64,000 bases of DNA from a bacterium (lineage in GTDB: Bacteria; DRYD01), in NCBI GenBank assembly GCA_039630415.1, contig JBCNVB010000018.1, forward strand, positions 32,001-96,000, given 5' to 3'. Of the stretch, positions 9,754 to 20,408 are shown piece by piece. Numbering within the stretch: position 1 is the first letter of the stretch; every line of letters begins with the position of its first letter. A program made the translations under genes and the position numbers. The notes under the pieces are model-generated. The model was not told where the DNA came from and ran no database searches. It saw only the letters and a program-made list of their open reading frames with translations.

Positions 9754-9818
9754 TATACCCCTTACCCTTATACCCATACCCCTATACCCTTTACCCTTCC
9801 CACTATAATATTATACCC
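9754..9818 (-). promoter_or_regulatory. TATAAT -10 box (9810-9815, within palindrome TATAATATTATA) followed by tandem GGGTA repeats; candidate CsoR/CstR operator region
   Basis: TACCC on + strand at 9756, 9763, 9771, 9777, 9785, 9792 and 9814, directly upstream of the sulfur cluster. Confidence 0.55.
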
Positions 9819-9895
9819 AAAACTAGAACATCCTCCTACCTAAAATAACCTATAAACATTGATTTTTGTCAATAAAAATATCGAAAACCTAAATC

Positions 9896-10159
9896 TTATC
9901 CAGCTTGCTTTTTAACAACAAAATCAACATGAATTTTTTTGTTTATCTTAGCACCATAAGCCATAACAATAGCCTTAATAGAAGTCAATAACATCTTGTT
10001 CCTGTTTAAAAAATTAAAATCGTTCTTGGAAACATAAGCTTTTAAATAAACATTCTTAGAATCTTCTTTCCCAGTTACATGAAATTCCGAAAGAAGTAAA
10101 GACAACAAGTAACTGAGTATTTGCTCCGCATTTGATACTTTACTTAGCATATCTATCAC
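9896..10159 (-). CDS. KhpA/YlqC-like small KH-fold protein (degenerate)
   Basis: Size and pattern ([27 protein letters not shown]) resemble KhpA; GxxG absent. Confidence 0.55.
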   Translation of the reverse strand: MIDMLSKVSNAEQILSYLLSLLLSEFHVTGKEDSKNVYLKAYVSKNDFNFLNRNKMLLTSIKAIVMAYGAKINKKIHVDFVVKKQAG

Positions 10160-11409
10160 CTTCCGACGTACACCGGATAAGCAGAGGATATTTCTTTAAC
10201 TTTATCTGAAACGTACTCCTTTTTCGAAGGATCCTTGAGTATTGTAGAAATTAGTTTGGCTACTTCGATCACCTCGTTTTCTTTGAACCCTCTGGTGGTT
10301 ATTGATGGAGTTCCTATCCTTATTCCACTAGTTATTCTCGGGGGTTGGGGATCATATGGAATTACGTTTTTATTTACATATATCCCCACCTGATTTAGAA
10401 GTTCTTCAGCTTCTTTACCTGTAAGACCAGTATTTCTTAAGTCAACTAAAAACATATGACAATCAGTTCCTTGAGAAACTATCCTAAAACCTTCCTCTTG
10501 TAAAGTTTTTGCAAATACTTTAGCATTAGAAACAACTTGTTTTTGATACTCTACAAATTCTGGAGTTTGAGCTAATTTAAAAGCGACAGCTTTAGCAGCT
10601 ATCACATGCATTAAGGGTCCACCCTGAACACCAGGAAAAACCGATTTATCTATATCTTTTGAGTACTCTTTTTTGCAGAGTATAATTCCTCCCCTGGGTC
10701 CTCTAAGAGTTTTGTGGGTAGTAGAAGTTACAAAATCTGCATAAGGTACAGGAGAAGGATAAACCCCAGCTGCAATTAACCCCGAATAATGAGCCATATC
10801 AAATAAAAAATAACAGCTCACTTCTTTAGCTATTTCAGCAAAGATTTTTGAATCTATAACTCTTGAGTAACTTGAGGCACCTGCTAGGATCATTTTTGGC
10901 CTGTATTTTAAAGCCAAGTCCCTCACCTGATCATAATCTATTAACTCATCTTTTCTCGAAACACCATAATGTATCACATTGTAGATTTGTCCCGAGAAAT
11001 TAACAGGGCTACCATGGGTTAAATGTCCTCCACAGCTCAAGTCCATTGTAAGAATAGTATCCCCTGGTTTGAGAAAGGCAAAAAATACTGCCATATTGGC
11101 CTGCGCTCCTGAATGAGGCTGAACATTAGCATGCTCAGCTTTATATAAACTCTTCAATCTTTCAATCGCTATGCTTTCTATTTGATCTATGTATTGACAA
11201 CCAGAATAATATCTTTTACCAGGATAACCCTCTGCATATTTATTTGAAAGAGCTGTTCCCATTGCTTGTAGTACAGCTTTAAAAGCATAGTTTTCCGAAG
11301 CAATTAAATTTATTCCCTCAGATTGTCTTTTAGTTTCTTTTTCGATCAAACTAAATATTTCTGGATCTATTTCTTGAAGGTCAGAATTTATTTCAGAAAA
11401 TCTTATCAA
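10156..11409 (-). CDS. glyA: Serine hydroxymethyltransferase
   Basis: [33 protein letters not shown] start after SD GGAGGTG. Confidence 0.97.
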   Translation of the reverse strand: MIRFSEINSDLQEIDPEIFSLIEKETKRQSEGINLIASENYAFKAVLQAMGTALSNKYAEGYPGKRYYSGCQYIDQIESIAIERLKSLYKAEHANVQPHSGAQANMAVFFAFLKPGDTILTMDLSCGGHLTHGSPVNFSGQIYNVIHYGVSRKDELIDYDQVRDLALKYRPKMILAGASSYSRVIDSKIFAEIAKEVSCYFLFDMAHYSGLIAAGVYPSPVPYADFVTSTTHKTLRGPRGGIILCKKEYSKDIDKSVFPGVQGGPLMHVIAAKAVAFKLAQTPEFVEYQKQVVSNAKVFAKTLQEEGFRIVSQGTDCHMFLVDLRNTGLTGKEAEELLNQVGIYVNKNVIPYDPQPPRITSGIRIGTPSITTRGFKENEVIEVAKLISTILKDPSKKEYVSDKVKEISSAYPVYVGR

Positions 11410-12115
11410 GCAAAACACCTCCCAATTTTGACCTATAAATGTCTATAATTTCCCTTGACTTTTGGAAACTAATTTGTATTATTTCAGATAAAAGTTCAGG
11501 ATTCATAAAATCTTTTTCAGAAGAGAATTGCAGTTCGGATATTTTGTTGTCTGCGGTTACGACAATATTAAGATCAACATCTGCTGAACTATCCTCAATA
11601 TAGTTTGGATCAAGAAGAATTTGCCCATCTTGAATAACAAAACTCATAGCAGCTATGACACTTTTTAGCGGTATACATTCAATTGCTCCCTGTTGCAGGA
11701 GTTTGTTAAAAGCCACTAAGAGAGCTACAAAACCGGTATTAATACAAGCTATTCTTGTTCCTCCATCAGCCTGTAAAACATCACAATCAACTATGAGCTG
11801 GTATTTGGGGAATTTGTATAGGTCGAATGCACTTCTGAGAACCCTAGATACTATTCTTCTTATTTCCTGCGCTCTGGCATTTACAATGTTAGGGTTTCTT
11901 GTTATGGTAGATGCTGGTAACATACGATATTCAGCAGTAATCCATCCATGCCCTAATCCTTTGCAAAAATCAGGTAGCGCGTCTGTTAAAGTTACGCTTA
12001 CCAAAACAACAGTATCACCAAGAACTCCCTTTACACAAGAAAAAGGTATTTTTAGATAGTCAACATGAAAATCCATTTTTCTAAATTCTAGGTTCTGTCT
12101 ACCATCTATTCTCAT
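11393..12115 (-). CDS. rph: Ribonuclease PH
   Basis: [29 protein letters not shown]. Confidence 0.92.
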   Translation of the reverse strand: MRIDGRQNLEFRKMDFHVDYLKIPFSCVKGVLGDTVVLVSVTLTDALPDFCKGLGHGWITAEYRMLPASTITRNPNIVNARAQEIRRIVSRVLRSAFDLYKFPKYQLIVDCDVLQADGGTRIACINTGFVALLVAFNKLLQQGAIECIPLKSVIAAMSFVIQDGQILLDPNYIEDSSADVDLNIVVTADNKISELQFSSEKDFMNPELLSEIIQISFQKSREIIDIYRSKLGGVLLDKIF

Positions 12116-12890
12116 TTTCATCTTCCTCTCTGAAAATATCATCTTCTAGGTTTAGGTATTCTGTCGTGTTAGTTTCATCAATATTTTCTTCAGGAATATT
12201 CTCTTCAGATGGTTGATCTAGAGATAATTGTTCTAGTTCTAAATCCTGATCGTCGAGATCCATTATAACGGTTTCACGATAGGTTTCTGTTTTTTTTATG
12301 TTTTGAGGCATAAATTCTTCTAATGATTCTTCTTTTTGGACTTCAAAATTGATGTATGAAAAATCATCAAAGGATACGTCATAGTCTTCAAGCTCGGAAG
12401 TATATCCGATAAAAGGAGTCTCTGCCTCTTCTCTAACTATTCCGATATTTTTCTTCAGTACTATTATGTACTCGGATTTTCCGAATTTGTTTTCTTCTAT
12501 ATAGACGATTTTGGATGTTTCTTTTTCCTGAGTCTTAGTGTTTTTGAAAAGGATTTTAGAGGGTACAAAACCTGCTTTTCCTTCCCAACTCCACCAGTCT
12601 ATACTTTCAAAGTTAAAAGGGAGAAAAGGTACAATTGGATCGTATACAACCAAATTATCCTCTATCTTTTTTGCATATAGGAATATGCCGTCTTTTTGTA
12701 TTATGTACGATTCCTTTTTTATTTCCTCATCTTCTACGTAGTATGAAAATATGTATATTGCCTTATCCGAGAAGGGTATTTTCTCGGTTATAACTACTTT
12801 GGTTATCAGGTAATCGTTACTAAATTTTTCAGATGTTTTATATATCCAGGTGTTTTTTATGTTTAGTGGAAAATAAAGCCAGAAACTCAT
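12099..12890 (-). CDS. Hypothetical protein with long acidic C-terminal tail
   Basis: 263-aa ORF tightly packed between clpC and rph. Confidence 0.65.
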   Translation of the reverse strand: MSFWLYFPLNIKNTWIYKTSEKFSNDYLITKVVITEKIPFSDKAIYIFSYYVEDEEIKKESYIIQKDGIFLYAKKIEDNLVVYDPIVPFLPFNFESIDWWSWEGKAGFVPSKILFKNTKTQEKETSKIVYIEENKFGKSEYIIVLKKNIGIVREEAETPFIGYTSELEDYDVSFDDFSYINFEVQKEESLEEFMPQNIKKTETYRETVIMDLDDQDLELEQLSLDQPSEENIPEENIDETNTTEYLNLEDDIFREEDENENRW

Positions 12891-12895
12891 TTATA

Positions 12896-15379
12896 TTATT
12901 CAGTATTTACTTCTATGACGTTTATCTTGAGGGGATCATTCTTGGTTACTTGGAATTTTATTTGTCCGTCCTGTACATAAGCTTTTATTTCTGCTTCTTC
13001 GAACACGTTGTTTTTCAACATCTCTTCAGCTAAGTTTTCCTCTATTAGGGTTGTTATACTTCTTCTTAGTGGCCTAGCTCCAAAACTGGGGTTATATCCA
13101 TGTTTTACTATTAGTTCTCTTACCTGATCATCTATTTCTAGTTTTATCTTTCTGGAAGCTAGTTCTTTTTGAACTGGTTTTAATAGAATATCTACGATTG
13201 CTTTGAGTTCGTTTAATCCTAGTGGTCTAAAGACTAGAATTTCGTCTATTCTATTGAGTAGTTCAGGTCGGAAAAGTTTTTTAACCTCTTCCATTACTTT
13301 TGCTTTCATTTTATTGTAAACTTTGTCAGGATCTTCTTCCTTTTTCTCTGTTCTTAATCCTAGTTCTCTAGTGGTTACTGTTTCATGTGTACCTACGTTT
13401 GAGGTCATGATTATAATGGTATTTTTAAAGTCAACAGTTCTGCCTTGGCTATCAGTAAGTCTACCATCTTCAAATATTTGAAGGAGTATGTTAAAAACAT
13501 CTGGGTGAGCCTTTTCTATTTCATCGAATAGGACTACGGAGAAGGGTCTTCTTCTGACTCTTTCGGTTAGTTGTCCTCCTTCTTCGTACCCCACGTATCC
13601 TGGTGGTGCTCCTATAAGTCTGGTAACAGAGAATTTTTCCATATATTCTGACATATCTATTCTGATTAAAGCTTCTTCTGTTCCGAAGAGGAACTCAGCT
13701 AGGGCTTTAGCTGTTTCTGTTTTACCTACGCCGGTTGGTCCAAGGAACATAAATACTCCTACGGGGCGCTTGGGGTCTTTTATACCTGCTCTGGCTCTTC
13801 TTACAGCCTTTGATATTTTTGTTATTACCTCGTCCTGTCCAACCACTCTTTCTTTTAGATAGTTTTCCATGTTAATAAGTTTTTCGGTTTCGCTTTGGGT
13901 AAGTTTAGTTACCGGTATACCTGTCCAGGCGGAGACTATTTCTGCAATGTGTTCCTCTTTAACTACATTTTCTTCATTATCTGGGTTAGCTATTTTCATT
14001 CTCCATTGCAGTTCTAATTCTTCTTTTTTAAGTCTTAGAGCTTCTTCTTCTTTTTTGAGTTTTTTAGCTTGTTCAAAGTCTTCAGAATGAGAATAATACT
14101 CTTTTTCTCTTTGTATTTCCTTGAGTCTATTTTCTATTTCAACGAGTTCTGGTGGGTATTGATATAGTTTAAGTCTCAGTTTTGCTGCAGCCTCATCTAC
14201 CAAGTCTATTGCTTTATCTGGTAAATATCTATCGGATATGTATCGGTAAGATAGTTTAACGGCAGCTTCGATAGCTTCGTCTGATATTTTTACTTTATGG
14301 TGGGCTTCATATCTATCTCTGAGTCCCTTAAGGATAGTAATAGCTTCTTCTATTGAGGGTTCTTCTACCATTACTGATTGGAATCGTCTTTCCAAAGCTG
14401 CGTCTTTTTCTATATGTTTTCTGTATTCTTGGATAGTGGTAGCACCGATTGTTTGAATTTCACCTCTGGCAAGAGCAGGTTTGAGAATGTTAGAGGCATC
14501 TATAGCCCCTTCTGCAGCTCCAGCTCCTATTATGGTGTGTAATTCGTCTATAAAGAGAATTATTGTTCCTGCTGCTTCTCTTATTTCTTCCATTACTCTC
14601 TTCATTCTTTCTTCGAATTCTCCCCTGTATTTTGTACCAGCTACAAGTCCAGCCAAGTCCATAGCTATTACTCTTTTACCTCTAAGTAGATCAGGTACTT
14701 CGTTTTTTACTATTTTTTGAGCAAGTCCTTCCACAATGGCTGTTTTTCCAACTCCTGGTTCACCTATAAGTACGGGGTTGTTTTTGGTTCTCCTCGATAG
14801 AATTTGGATAACTCTTTGTATTTCTTTGGTTCTACCGATAACTGGGTCGAGTTTACCTTCTTTAGCAAGTTTGGTGAGATCTCTTCCATACATATCCAAG
14901 GTAGGAGTTTTAACTTCGTGTTCTTTATGTTTTCTAACAAAATCGAATCCCATTATTCTGGTTAGTTCTTCTTTTAGTGCGTTAATGTTTACGTTGATTT
15001 TTTGGAGGATTCTGTAACCGACACCACCTGTTTCGGAGAGGATTCCAAGAAGTATGTGTTCAGGTCCTATATAGTTGTGATTCATGGATCTCGCTTCGTC
15101 AAATGCATTTTCTATGGCTTTCTTTGCCCGTGGAGAGAATTCTAATTCCGTTTTGGAGCTAATAGTTTGAGATTTACCAAGAAAATTCTCTATTTCTTTT
15201 TTTAGTTTTTGATAGGTTATGTCGTATTTGTTGAGTATTTTGGCAGCTATGCTTTCACCTTCTACTACTATACCGAGTAGCAAATGTTCTGTTCCGACGT
15301 GAGAGGAGCCAAGGTTTTTTGCTTCTTCCTGAGCAAATATTATAACTTTTTTAGCTCTCTCTGTGAAAGTTTCCCACAT
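12896..15379 (-). CDS. clpC: ATP-dependent Clp protease ATPase ClpC
   Basis: Clp-N repeats, two Walker A motifs ([16 protein letters not shown]), UVR-type coiled coil, RIDMSEY. Confidence 0.95.
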   Translation of the reverse strand: MWETFTERAKKVIIFAQEEAKNLGSSHVGTEHLLLGIVVEGESIAAKILNKYDITYQKLKKEIENFLGKSQTISSKTELEFSPRAKKAIENAFDEARSMNHNYIGPEHILLGILSETGGVGYRILQKINVNINALKEELTRIMGFDFVRKHKEHEVKTPTLDMYGRDLTKLAKEGKLDPVIGRTKEIQRVIQILSRRTKNNPVLIGEPGVGKTAIVEGLAQKIVKNEVPDLLRGKRVIAMDLAGLVAGTKYRGEFEERMKRVMEEIREAAGTIILFIDELHTIIGAGAAEGAIDASNILKPALARGEIQTIGATTIQEYRKHIEKDAALERRFQSVMVEEPSIEEAITILKGLRDRYEAHHKVKISDEAIEAAVKLSYRYISDRYLPDKAIDLVDEAAAKLRLKLYQYPPELVEIENRLKEIQREKEYYSHSEDFEQAKKLKKEEEALRLKKEELELQWRMKIANPDNEENVVKEEHIAEIVSAWTGIPVTKLTQSETEKLINMENYLKERVVGQDEVITKISKAVRRARAGIKDPKRPVGVFMFLGPTGVGKTETAKALAEFLFGTEEALIRIDMSEYMEKFSVTRLIGAPPGYVGYEEGGQLTERVRRRPFSVVLFDEIEKAHPDVFNILLQIFEDGRLTDSQGRTVDFKNTIIIMTSNVGTHETVTTRELGLRTEKKEEDPDKVYNKMKAKVMEEVKKLFRPELLNRIDEILVFRPLGLNELKAIVDILLKPVQKELASRKIKLEIDDQVRELIVKHGYNPSFGARPLRRSITTLIEENLAEEMLKNNVFEEAEIKAYVQDGQIKFQVTKNDPLKINVIEVNTE

Positions 15380-15432
15380 TTCATTTCACCTACCTTAGAT
15401 GGATTCAATAGCTTTAGAGTATCTTCTCAATA

Positions 15433-16587
15433 CTATTTTCTTAGGTTAGATGGTATATTTTTGATATCTATTTCATCTAGGTTATGTTCATCGGAGATGT
15501 TAACTGCTTCGAATATAGTTTCTTGTTTTTCTTCAGTTTTTCTCTTAATGGATGATTCACTTTTTATATCTATTTTCCATTTGGTTATAGTAGCTGTAAG
15601 TTTAGCGTTGTATCCTTCTTTACCTATGGCGATAGATAATTGCTCATCTGGTACGATTATTCGTGCTATTTTGTTTTCATAGTCTAGATCGAGTGAGAGT
15701 ATTTTAACATTTCCAAGAGCTCTAGGTATGAGAACCTTTGGGTCATCTGAGTGTAGGATAACATCAATTCTTTCGCCATTTATTTCATTAACCACGTTTT
15801 GTATTCTGAAGTTTTTGGGTCCTAGGATAGTAGATACAGGGTCTAGGTAGGGCAGTTTACTTCTTACGGTTAATTTGGTTCTATATCCTGGTTGCCTTAC
15901 AATTTCTACTATCTCTATGTTTCCTTCCTTTATTTCGTTATATTCTTTTTCTAGTAGTTTTCTAATAAACAGAGGGCTTTTACGGTTAAGAATTGCTACT
16001 ATGTTACTTTTGGTGTTATCTTCCTTTATTCCGATTATTAGGAAAGACATTTTTTTGTTTACGAAGTAGGGTTCATTTTTTACTTGGTATATTGGTGGTA
16101 GGAGTCCTATAGCTTTTTCAAATTCTACCCATACATTTCCTCTTTCGTCTTTTTTTCTGATAGTGCCGGTGTAGACGGTTTTCAGGTTTTTGGTTATTTC
16201 TTGGTAGGCGGCTTCGTATTCTAGTTCTTTAATTTTTTGAGCGAGCAGTTGTTTTGCTACAAGAGCTTCTGATCGGGAAAAATCTTTATCATTAGCTTCA
16301 ACAAATATTTTTTCCCCCTCTTTTACATTTTTGTTATATTTTTTTTGAGCTTCTTTTAGGGTTATTTGGAGGGGATTGCCATTAGTTATGGTTTTAACCA
16401 CTTCTTTTTCTATTAGTATTTTCATGTCGTCCTTTTCAATTTCTATTTTTACGTTTGGTGTTACTTTATACTTTTTTTTGAAGGATTTGGATATAGAGTC
16501 TGAGAGAATTTCTATAAGTTTTTCAAGAGGGATTCCTTTTTCGTAGGATAGCTGTCTTATGGCGCTAAGAAGTACTCTGGTTTGCAT
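15433..16587 (-). CDS. nusA: Transcription factor NusA
   Basis: RQPGYRTK, GERIDVI, LSIAIGKEGYNAKL. Confidence 0.93.
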   Translation of the reverse strand: MQTRVLLSAIRQLSYEKGIPLEKLIEILSDSISKSFKKKYKVTPNVKIEIEKDDMKILIEKEVVKTITNGNPLQITLKEAQKKYNKNVKEGEKIFVEANDKDFSRSEALVAKQLLAQKIKELEYEAAYQEITKNLKTVYTGTIRKKDERGNVWVEFEKAIGLLPPIYQVKNEPYFVNKKMSFLIIGIKEDNTKSNIVAILNRKSPLFIRKLLEKEYNEIKEGNIEIVEIVRQPGYRTKLTVRSKLPYLDPVSTILGPKNFRIQNVVNEINGERIDVILHSDDPKVLIPRALGNVKILSLDLDYENKIARIIVPDEQLSIAIGKEGYNAKLTATITKWKIDIKSESSIKRKTEEKQETIFEAVNISDEHNLDEIDIKNIPSNLRK

Positions 16588-16599
16588 TTTTATTCCCCC

Positions 16600-16860
16600 T
16601 TATTTTATTCCTTTTGATTGGACTTCTAAAAAATACTTTTCTTTTATTATGTCAATTTGATCGAGATAGCTTTCTATTCTTTTACTGTACATTTCGCAAT
16701 CTTTAATTGATGTTCCGCCTTCCCTTGAAATCGTAAATCTTAGAATTAGATTTTTTTTATGTCTGAATAGTTTTATGTCATGTAATTGTAATTCGAGATC
16801 ATTGGCTATTTGAATAGCTTTCTCCTTTATAGCTTCTACTATTTCGTGGTTACTTCTCAT
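16600..16860 (-). CDS. rimP: Ribosome maturation factor RimP (N-terminal domain only)
   Basis: GTSIKDCEMYSK, YFLEVQSKG; directly upstream of nusA. Confidence 0.85.
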   Translation of the reverse strand: MRSNHEIVEAIKEKAIQIANDLELQLHDIKLFRHKKNLILRFTISREGGTSIKDCEMYSKRIESYLDQIDIIKEKYFLEVQSKGIK

Positions 16861-16925
16861 AATTTTTCACCACATTCATCCCAACATCTCAATAAATTTA
16901 TTCTATAAATTCAATTAGTAAACCT

Positions 16926-18515
16926 TTATATAACTATTTTGGAAGAGAATTTTATTCTTCTAGAATTTGCGAATCTGTGAGCTTCATCTCTAAGTTTTCT
17001 TATAAAGTTTAGGATATTTTCTTCAAGTTGTATTTGTTTGATTTCATGATCGTATATGTATATTTTATCATCTGGTTTGGCTATGGACATGAATTTAATG
17101 TTTAGCCGTGTTTTAGAGTCATTATAAGCTTTTATAGCGTAGGATAGTTGATTTATTCCCCCATCGACTATTATTAATTGAGGAGTTATATCTTTAAGTA
17201 AAGAGCTAGTAAATCTTCTATAAACTAGCTCGTAAACGTTCATTAAATCGTCGTGAGCATGACTTAGCTTGAATATTCTATACTTTGATTTATTTAGTTT
17301 ACCTTTTTCGGAAACTACCAGAGAACCGTAAACATTATCTCCATAAAAATGACTGACATCTATAGCCTCTATTCTGTATATTGCATCTATTTTGAGCAAC
17401 TTACACAGTTTTTCTAAGATTAGGTATACGTTATTTTGTTGATAGTACTGGATTTTTTGGTTACATACTTTTTCGAGATATAAGAAATTTTCGTCATTAG
17501 TACTAGAAAGGCATATATTTTGTAATTTTTCAGATATTTCGTCTTGATAATTTTTTAAGTAGTTAGTGATAAATTCTTTTAGAGATTCTAGATATTGTGG
17601 TTGTATGAATATTGGGTTGGATTTGATATTAAGTATGGTGTTAAAAAGTATCTGTTCTGGGGATAATTCTTCAGCGTTTTCTATTTCTAGGATTTTCAGA
17701 TTAGTTGGGGCAGTAAATACACCTAAAATAGTTACATATTCATCTTTACAAAGATACAGATAAACAGCTTGATTTGATTCTAGGACTTTATGTTTGTAAG
17801 ATAGTAGGGTTCTGAGTTTGTTTCTATAGATTATTGCTTTTTCGTACTCAAGTTTTTCGGAAAGTTCTTTTATTTTCTGTTCGTATTCCTGTATTAGTTG
17901 ATCTATAGTTTTTTTTTGCATTTTTATGATTTCGAGGGATTTATTGAAGTTTTGGTTGTATTGGTTTTTGGATATCATGTTTTGACATGGTCCTGAGCAG
18001 TAACCTAGATGATAATATAAACATAGCGGTGGTCTTATTTTTCTGAAATCGTACTGACATTGTCTAATACCAAATATAGTCCCCATCATTTTGAACAATT
18101 CTTTGTAATTTATGCTTGTAATAAATGGTCCGAAGATTTCTTTCGTATAACTATCAAAATCAGAAGAAAGTGAAAAATAGGGGTATCCATCTTTGTCTAT
18201 TACAACTATGTACTTCAGCGGATTTTTATACTTGTACTGAATGTTATATTTAGGTTTTTTTTCGTATATAAGTTTTGATTCTAATATTTGAGCTTCTAGT
18301 TCAGAGTTTGTTATTAGGTACTCCAGATTATCCGAATTTTCCACTATTTCTTTAGTTTTAGCGTCTTTTACGGTTAGATAACTTCTTATTCTATTTTTTA
18401 AATTTTTGGCTTTACCAATGTATATGATAATATCTTTCTTCTTGAAAAAGTACACTCCAGGTAGTGAAGGTATTTCTTTGAGATTGATCTTTATCACATT
18501 TATATCTTTCAACAT
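16926..18515 (-). CDS. uvrC: Excinuclease ABC subunit C (no C-terminal HhH)
   Basis: GIY-YIG (PGVYFF..IYIGKAKNL), Cys cluster, UVR motif, IEAIDVSH, IVDGG, RDEAHRFA. Confidence 0.92.
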   Translation of the reverse strand: MLKDINVIKINLKEIPSLPGVYFFKKKDIIIYIGKAKNLKNRIRSYLTVKDAKTKEIVENSDNLEYLITNSELEAQILESKLIYEKKPKYNIQYKYKNPLKYIVVIDKDGYPYFSLSSDFDSYTKEIFGPFITSINYKELFKMMGTIFGIRQCQYDFRKIRPPLCLYYHLGYCSGPCQNMISKNQYNQNFNKSLEIIKMQKKTIDQLIQEYEQKIKELSEKLEYEKAIIYRNKLRTLLSYKHKVLESNQAVYLYLCKDEYVTILGVFTAPTNLKILEIENAEELSPEQILFNTILNIKSNPIFIQPQYLESLKEFITNYLKNYQDEISEKLQNICLSSTNDENFLYLEKVCNQKIQYYQQNNVYLILEKLCKLLKIDAIYRIEAIDVSHFYGDNVYGSLVVSEKGKLNKSKYRIFKLSHAHDDLMNVYELVYRRFTSSLLKDITPQLIIVDGGINQLSYAIKAYNDSKTRLNIKFMSIAKPDDKIYIYDHEIKQIQLEENILNFIRKLRDEAHRFANSRRIKFSSKIVI

Positions 18516-18568
18516 TTCTTTAAATCAAACCTACAGGATACATTAATGGTACATAGAATTCTATAATT

Positions 18569-18889
18569 GTGGACAAAATATCAATTCTGAAGAAGTTAGA
18601 GATGTTATACTTCTTAGTTTTAGATGAGCAAAATAATAAAGATTTCATCCAATTTCTGTTGGATATAAGAAAAAAAGTCTATGATCCACAAGTTATTGAA
18701 TACTTAGATAATAGAATAGAGCAGAAAATAAAGTTAATAACGAAGATAAGAAGTATTAGAGATAACGTAGAGAGGGATCTAAAGAAAGAAAACCTATCTC
18801 TAGAACAGTTTTTAACAATATTTTTACAAACACAAATGAATAAAAAACTGTTAAATGGGAATGAAAAAGATAGAGACAAGGAAAATTAA
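18569..18889 (+). CDS. Hypothetical protein
   Basis: GTG-start ORF heading the + strand run; helical and charged. Confidence 0.55.
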   Translation: MDKISILKKLEMLYFLVLDEQNNKDFIQFLLDIRKKVYDPQVIEYLDNRIEQKIKLITKIRSIRDNVERDLKKENLSLEQFLTIFLQTQMNKKLLNGNEKDRDKEN

Positions 18890-18906
18890 CAAGGAGGTTA
18901 GGCAAA

Positions 18907-19875
18907 ATGAAGATATTTGTAATAGTGATGATAATAATCCTAGTAACAGTTACAAGCTATGCCCAAACAGTAGTTGGTAATTTTGTGAGATTTGGTTCAA
19001 ATAGTGTAGTAATAAAGACAGAAAACGATATCTTAAATCTTCCAATATCCAGTGATTTGATAGTTTTGGACAATAAAGGTCAAAGAGTTTCTCCGGCTTC
19101 ATTGTATGAAAATGCAAAAGTAACAGCTAAATATGAAAATGGAAAAGTAATATCAATAGTAGTAGATAGTGAACATGTAAATCTTTCATCTACAAATCAA
19201 TCAAAACCTGAATACCAATTACTTTACAGAGACACCACTTACCAATACAAATCTTATCAAGCTCCTGTAAAAGTTTCATACTTCGGTTATTTACCAGTAG
19301 ATTATCAATATATCTATAATCCACCAGTAAATTTATCGACAGGACAGTTAAACTACTATAGCTATGTTCCCGTATATAACTATACTTTTGGTGGATCAGC
19401 AAGTATGGCAAATGAAATAGATTTCTACAATAATCTCATAGCAAATAACTATTATTCTCCTAGATACTACTATGAAATGATGTCCTCCCTTTCTTCAAGC
19501 GAAGTACCTAACTACTACTACATTTCAAAAATGCAAGAAAAGACTCCATACTACTACAAAACTCAACCTACTCAAAATATCCCAGCTACTCAGGGTAATC
19601 CAGTGCAAGCTCTATCAGTAAATACCTCAACAACTAACACTATATTTGGAACTCTAGTAGATATAAGAGATGATAAATTAGTAGTTTATGCAGATAGAAT
19701 ATACCAGGTTGAAGTTAATAACCTTTCTAACTTGTTTGTAAGAAAGAGCGGAAAATATATACCCATAAATGATAAGCAAGAACTAAGAAACTTACTAAAT
19801 AAATCAGTAGAACTTACCGTTACAACAACTAGCGATAAGATAATAGCTAACACAGTAGTTATATCTGCACAATAA
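18907..19875 (+). CDS. Secreted hypothetical protein with Tyr-rich central region
   Basis: SD AGGAGG, signal peptide (..TSYA/Q), similar beta-rich N- and C-terminal domains. Confidence 0.7.
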   Translation: MKIFVIVMIIILVTVTSYAQTVVGNFVRFGSNSVVIKTENDILNLPISSDLIVLDNKGQRVSPASLYENAKVTAKYENGKVISIVVDSEHVNLSSTNQSKPEYQLLYRDTTYQYKSYQAPVKVSYFGYLPVDYQYIYNPPVNLSTGQLNYYSYVPVYNYTFGGSASMANEIDFYNNLIANNYYSPRYYYEMMSSLSSSEVPNYYYISKMQEKTPYYYKTQPTQNIPATQGNPVQALSVNTSTTNTIFGTLVDIRDDKLVVYADRIYQVEVNNLSNLFVRKSGKYIPINDKQELRNLLNKSVELTVTTTSDKIIANTVVISAQ

Positions 19876-19895
19876 AATACAAAGACCTCAATTTC

Positions 19896-20408
19896 ATGAG
19901 TGAAATACAATACATACGAGAAGTAATAGCTGAGTTCTCTAGTCTTCTAAAACAAAGGGACATAGAATACATGGATTATGAGTATATTTTTCCAGCAACG
20001 AATGACAAGCTTAAAATTTCTTTAAAAGTTAGAACAAATTCAAAAAAAATATCCCCATCATCAAATAATACAAAAAGAGAATCTAGTCAGGAAATAGATC
20101 AAAATACTTTATTAACAGAATCTGAAGATTTGGGAGGTTTCAAGTTGTACTTCACAACCCCTCAACAATTCTATATAGTCTCTACCCTCGTAGGAAAAGT
20201 CAAATTATTGAATAAAATTCAAAAAGAATCCGTTATCGAAAAAAAACAAAAAATAGCAGAAGTAGATATTCTCAACATTAAATATCCTGTACAATTAGAC
20301 TTCAAAATAAAAATATTAGATATTCTAGTTGAGGACAATGAAAATGTAGATTACGGCAAGAAATTAATTCTTGCTGAAATTGTGGAAGATACAAATGGAA
20401 GTAGTTAG
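19896..20408 (+). CDS. Biotin carboxyl carrier (AccB)-like protein lacking the biotinylation motif
   Basis: C-terminus STLVG...ILDILVEDNENVDYGKKL fits the biotinyl/lipoyl fold; EAMK replaced by DILN. Confidence 0.65.
   Translation: MSEIQYIREVIAEFSSLLKQRDIEYMDYEYIFPATNDKLKISLKVRTNSKKISPSSNNTKRESSQEIDQNTLLTESEDLGGFKLYFTTPQQFYIVSTLVGKVKLLNKIQKESVIEKKQKIAEVDILNIKYPVQLDFKIKILDILVEDNENVDYGKKLILAEIVEDTNGSS

Noticed and set aside
9754-9818. Repeat tract as CRISPR or simple microsatellite
   Set aside because: Units are only 6-8 nt and irregular, with no spacers and no cas genes
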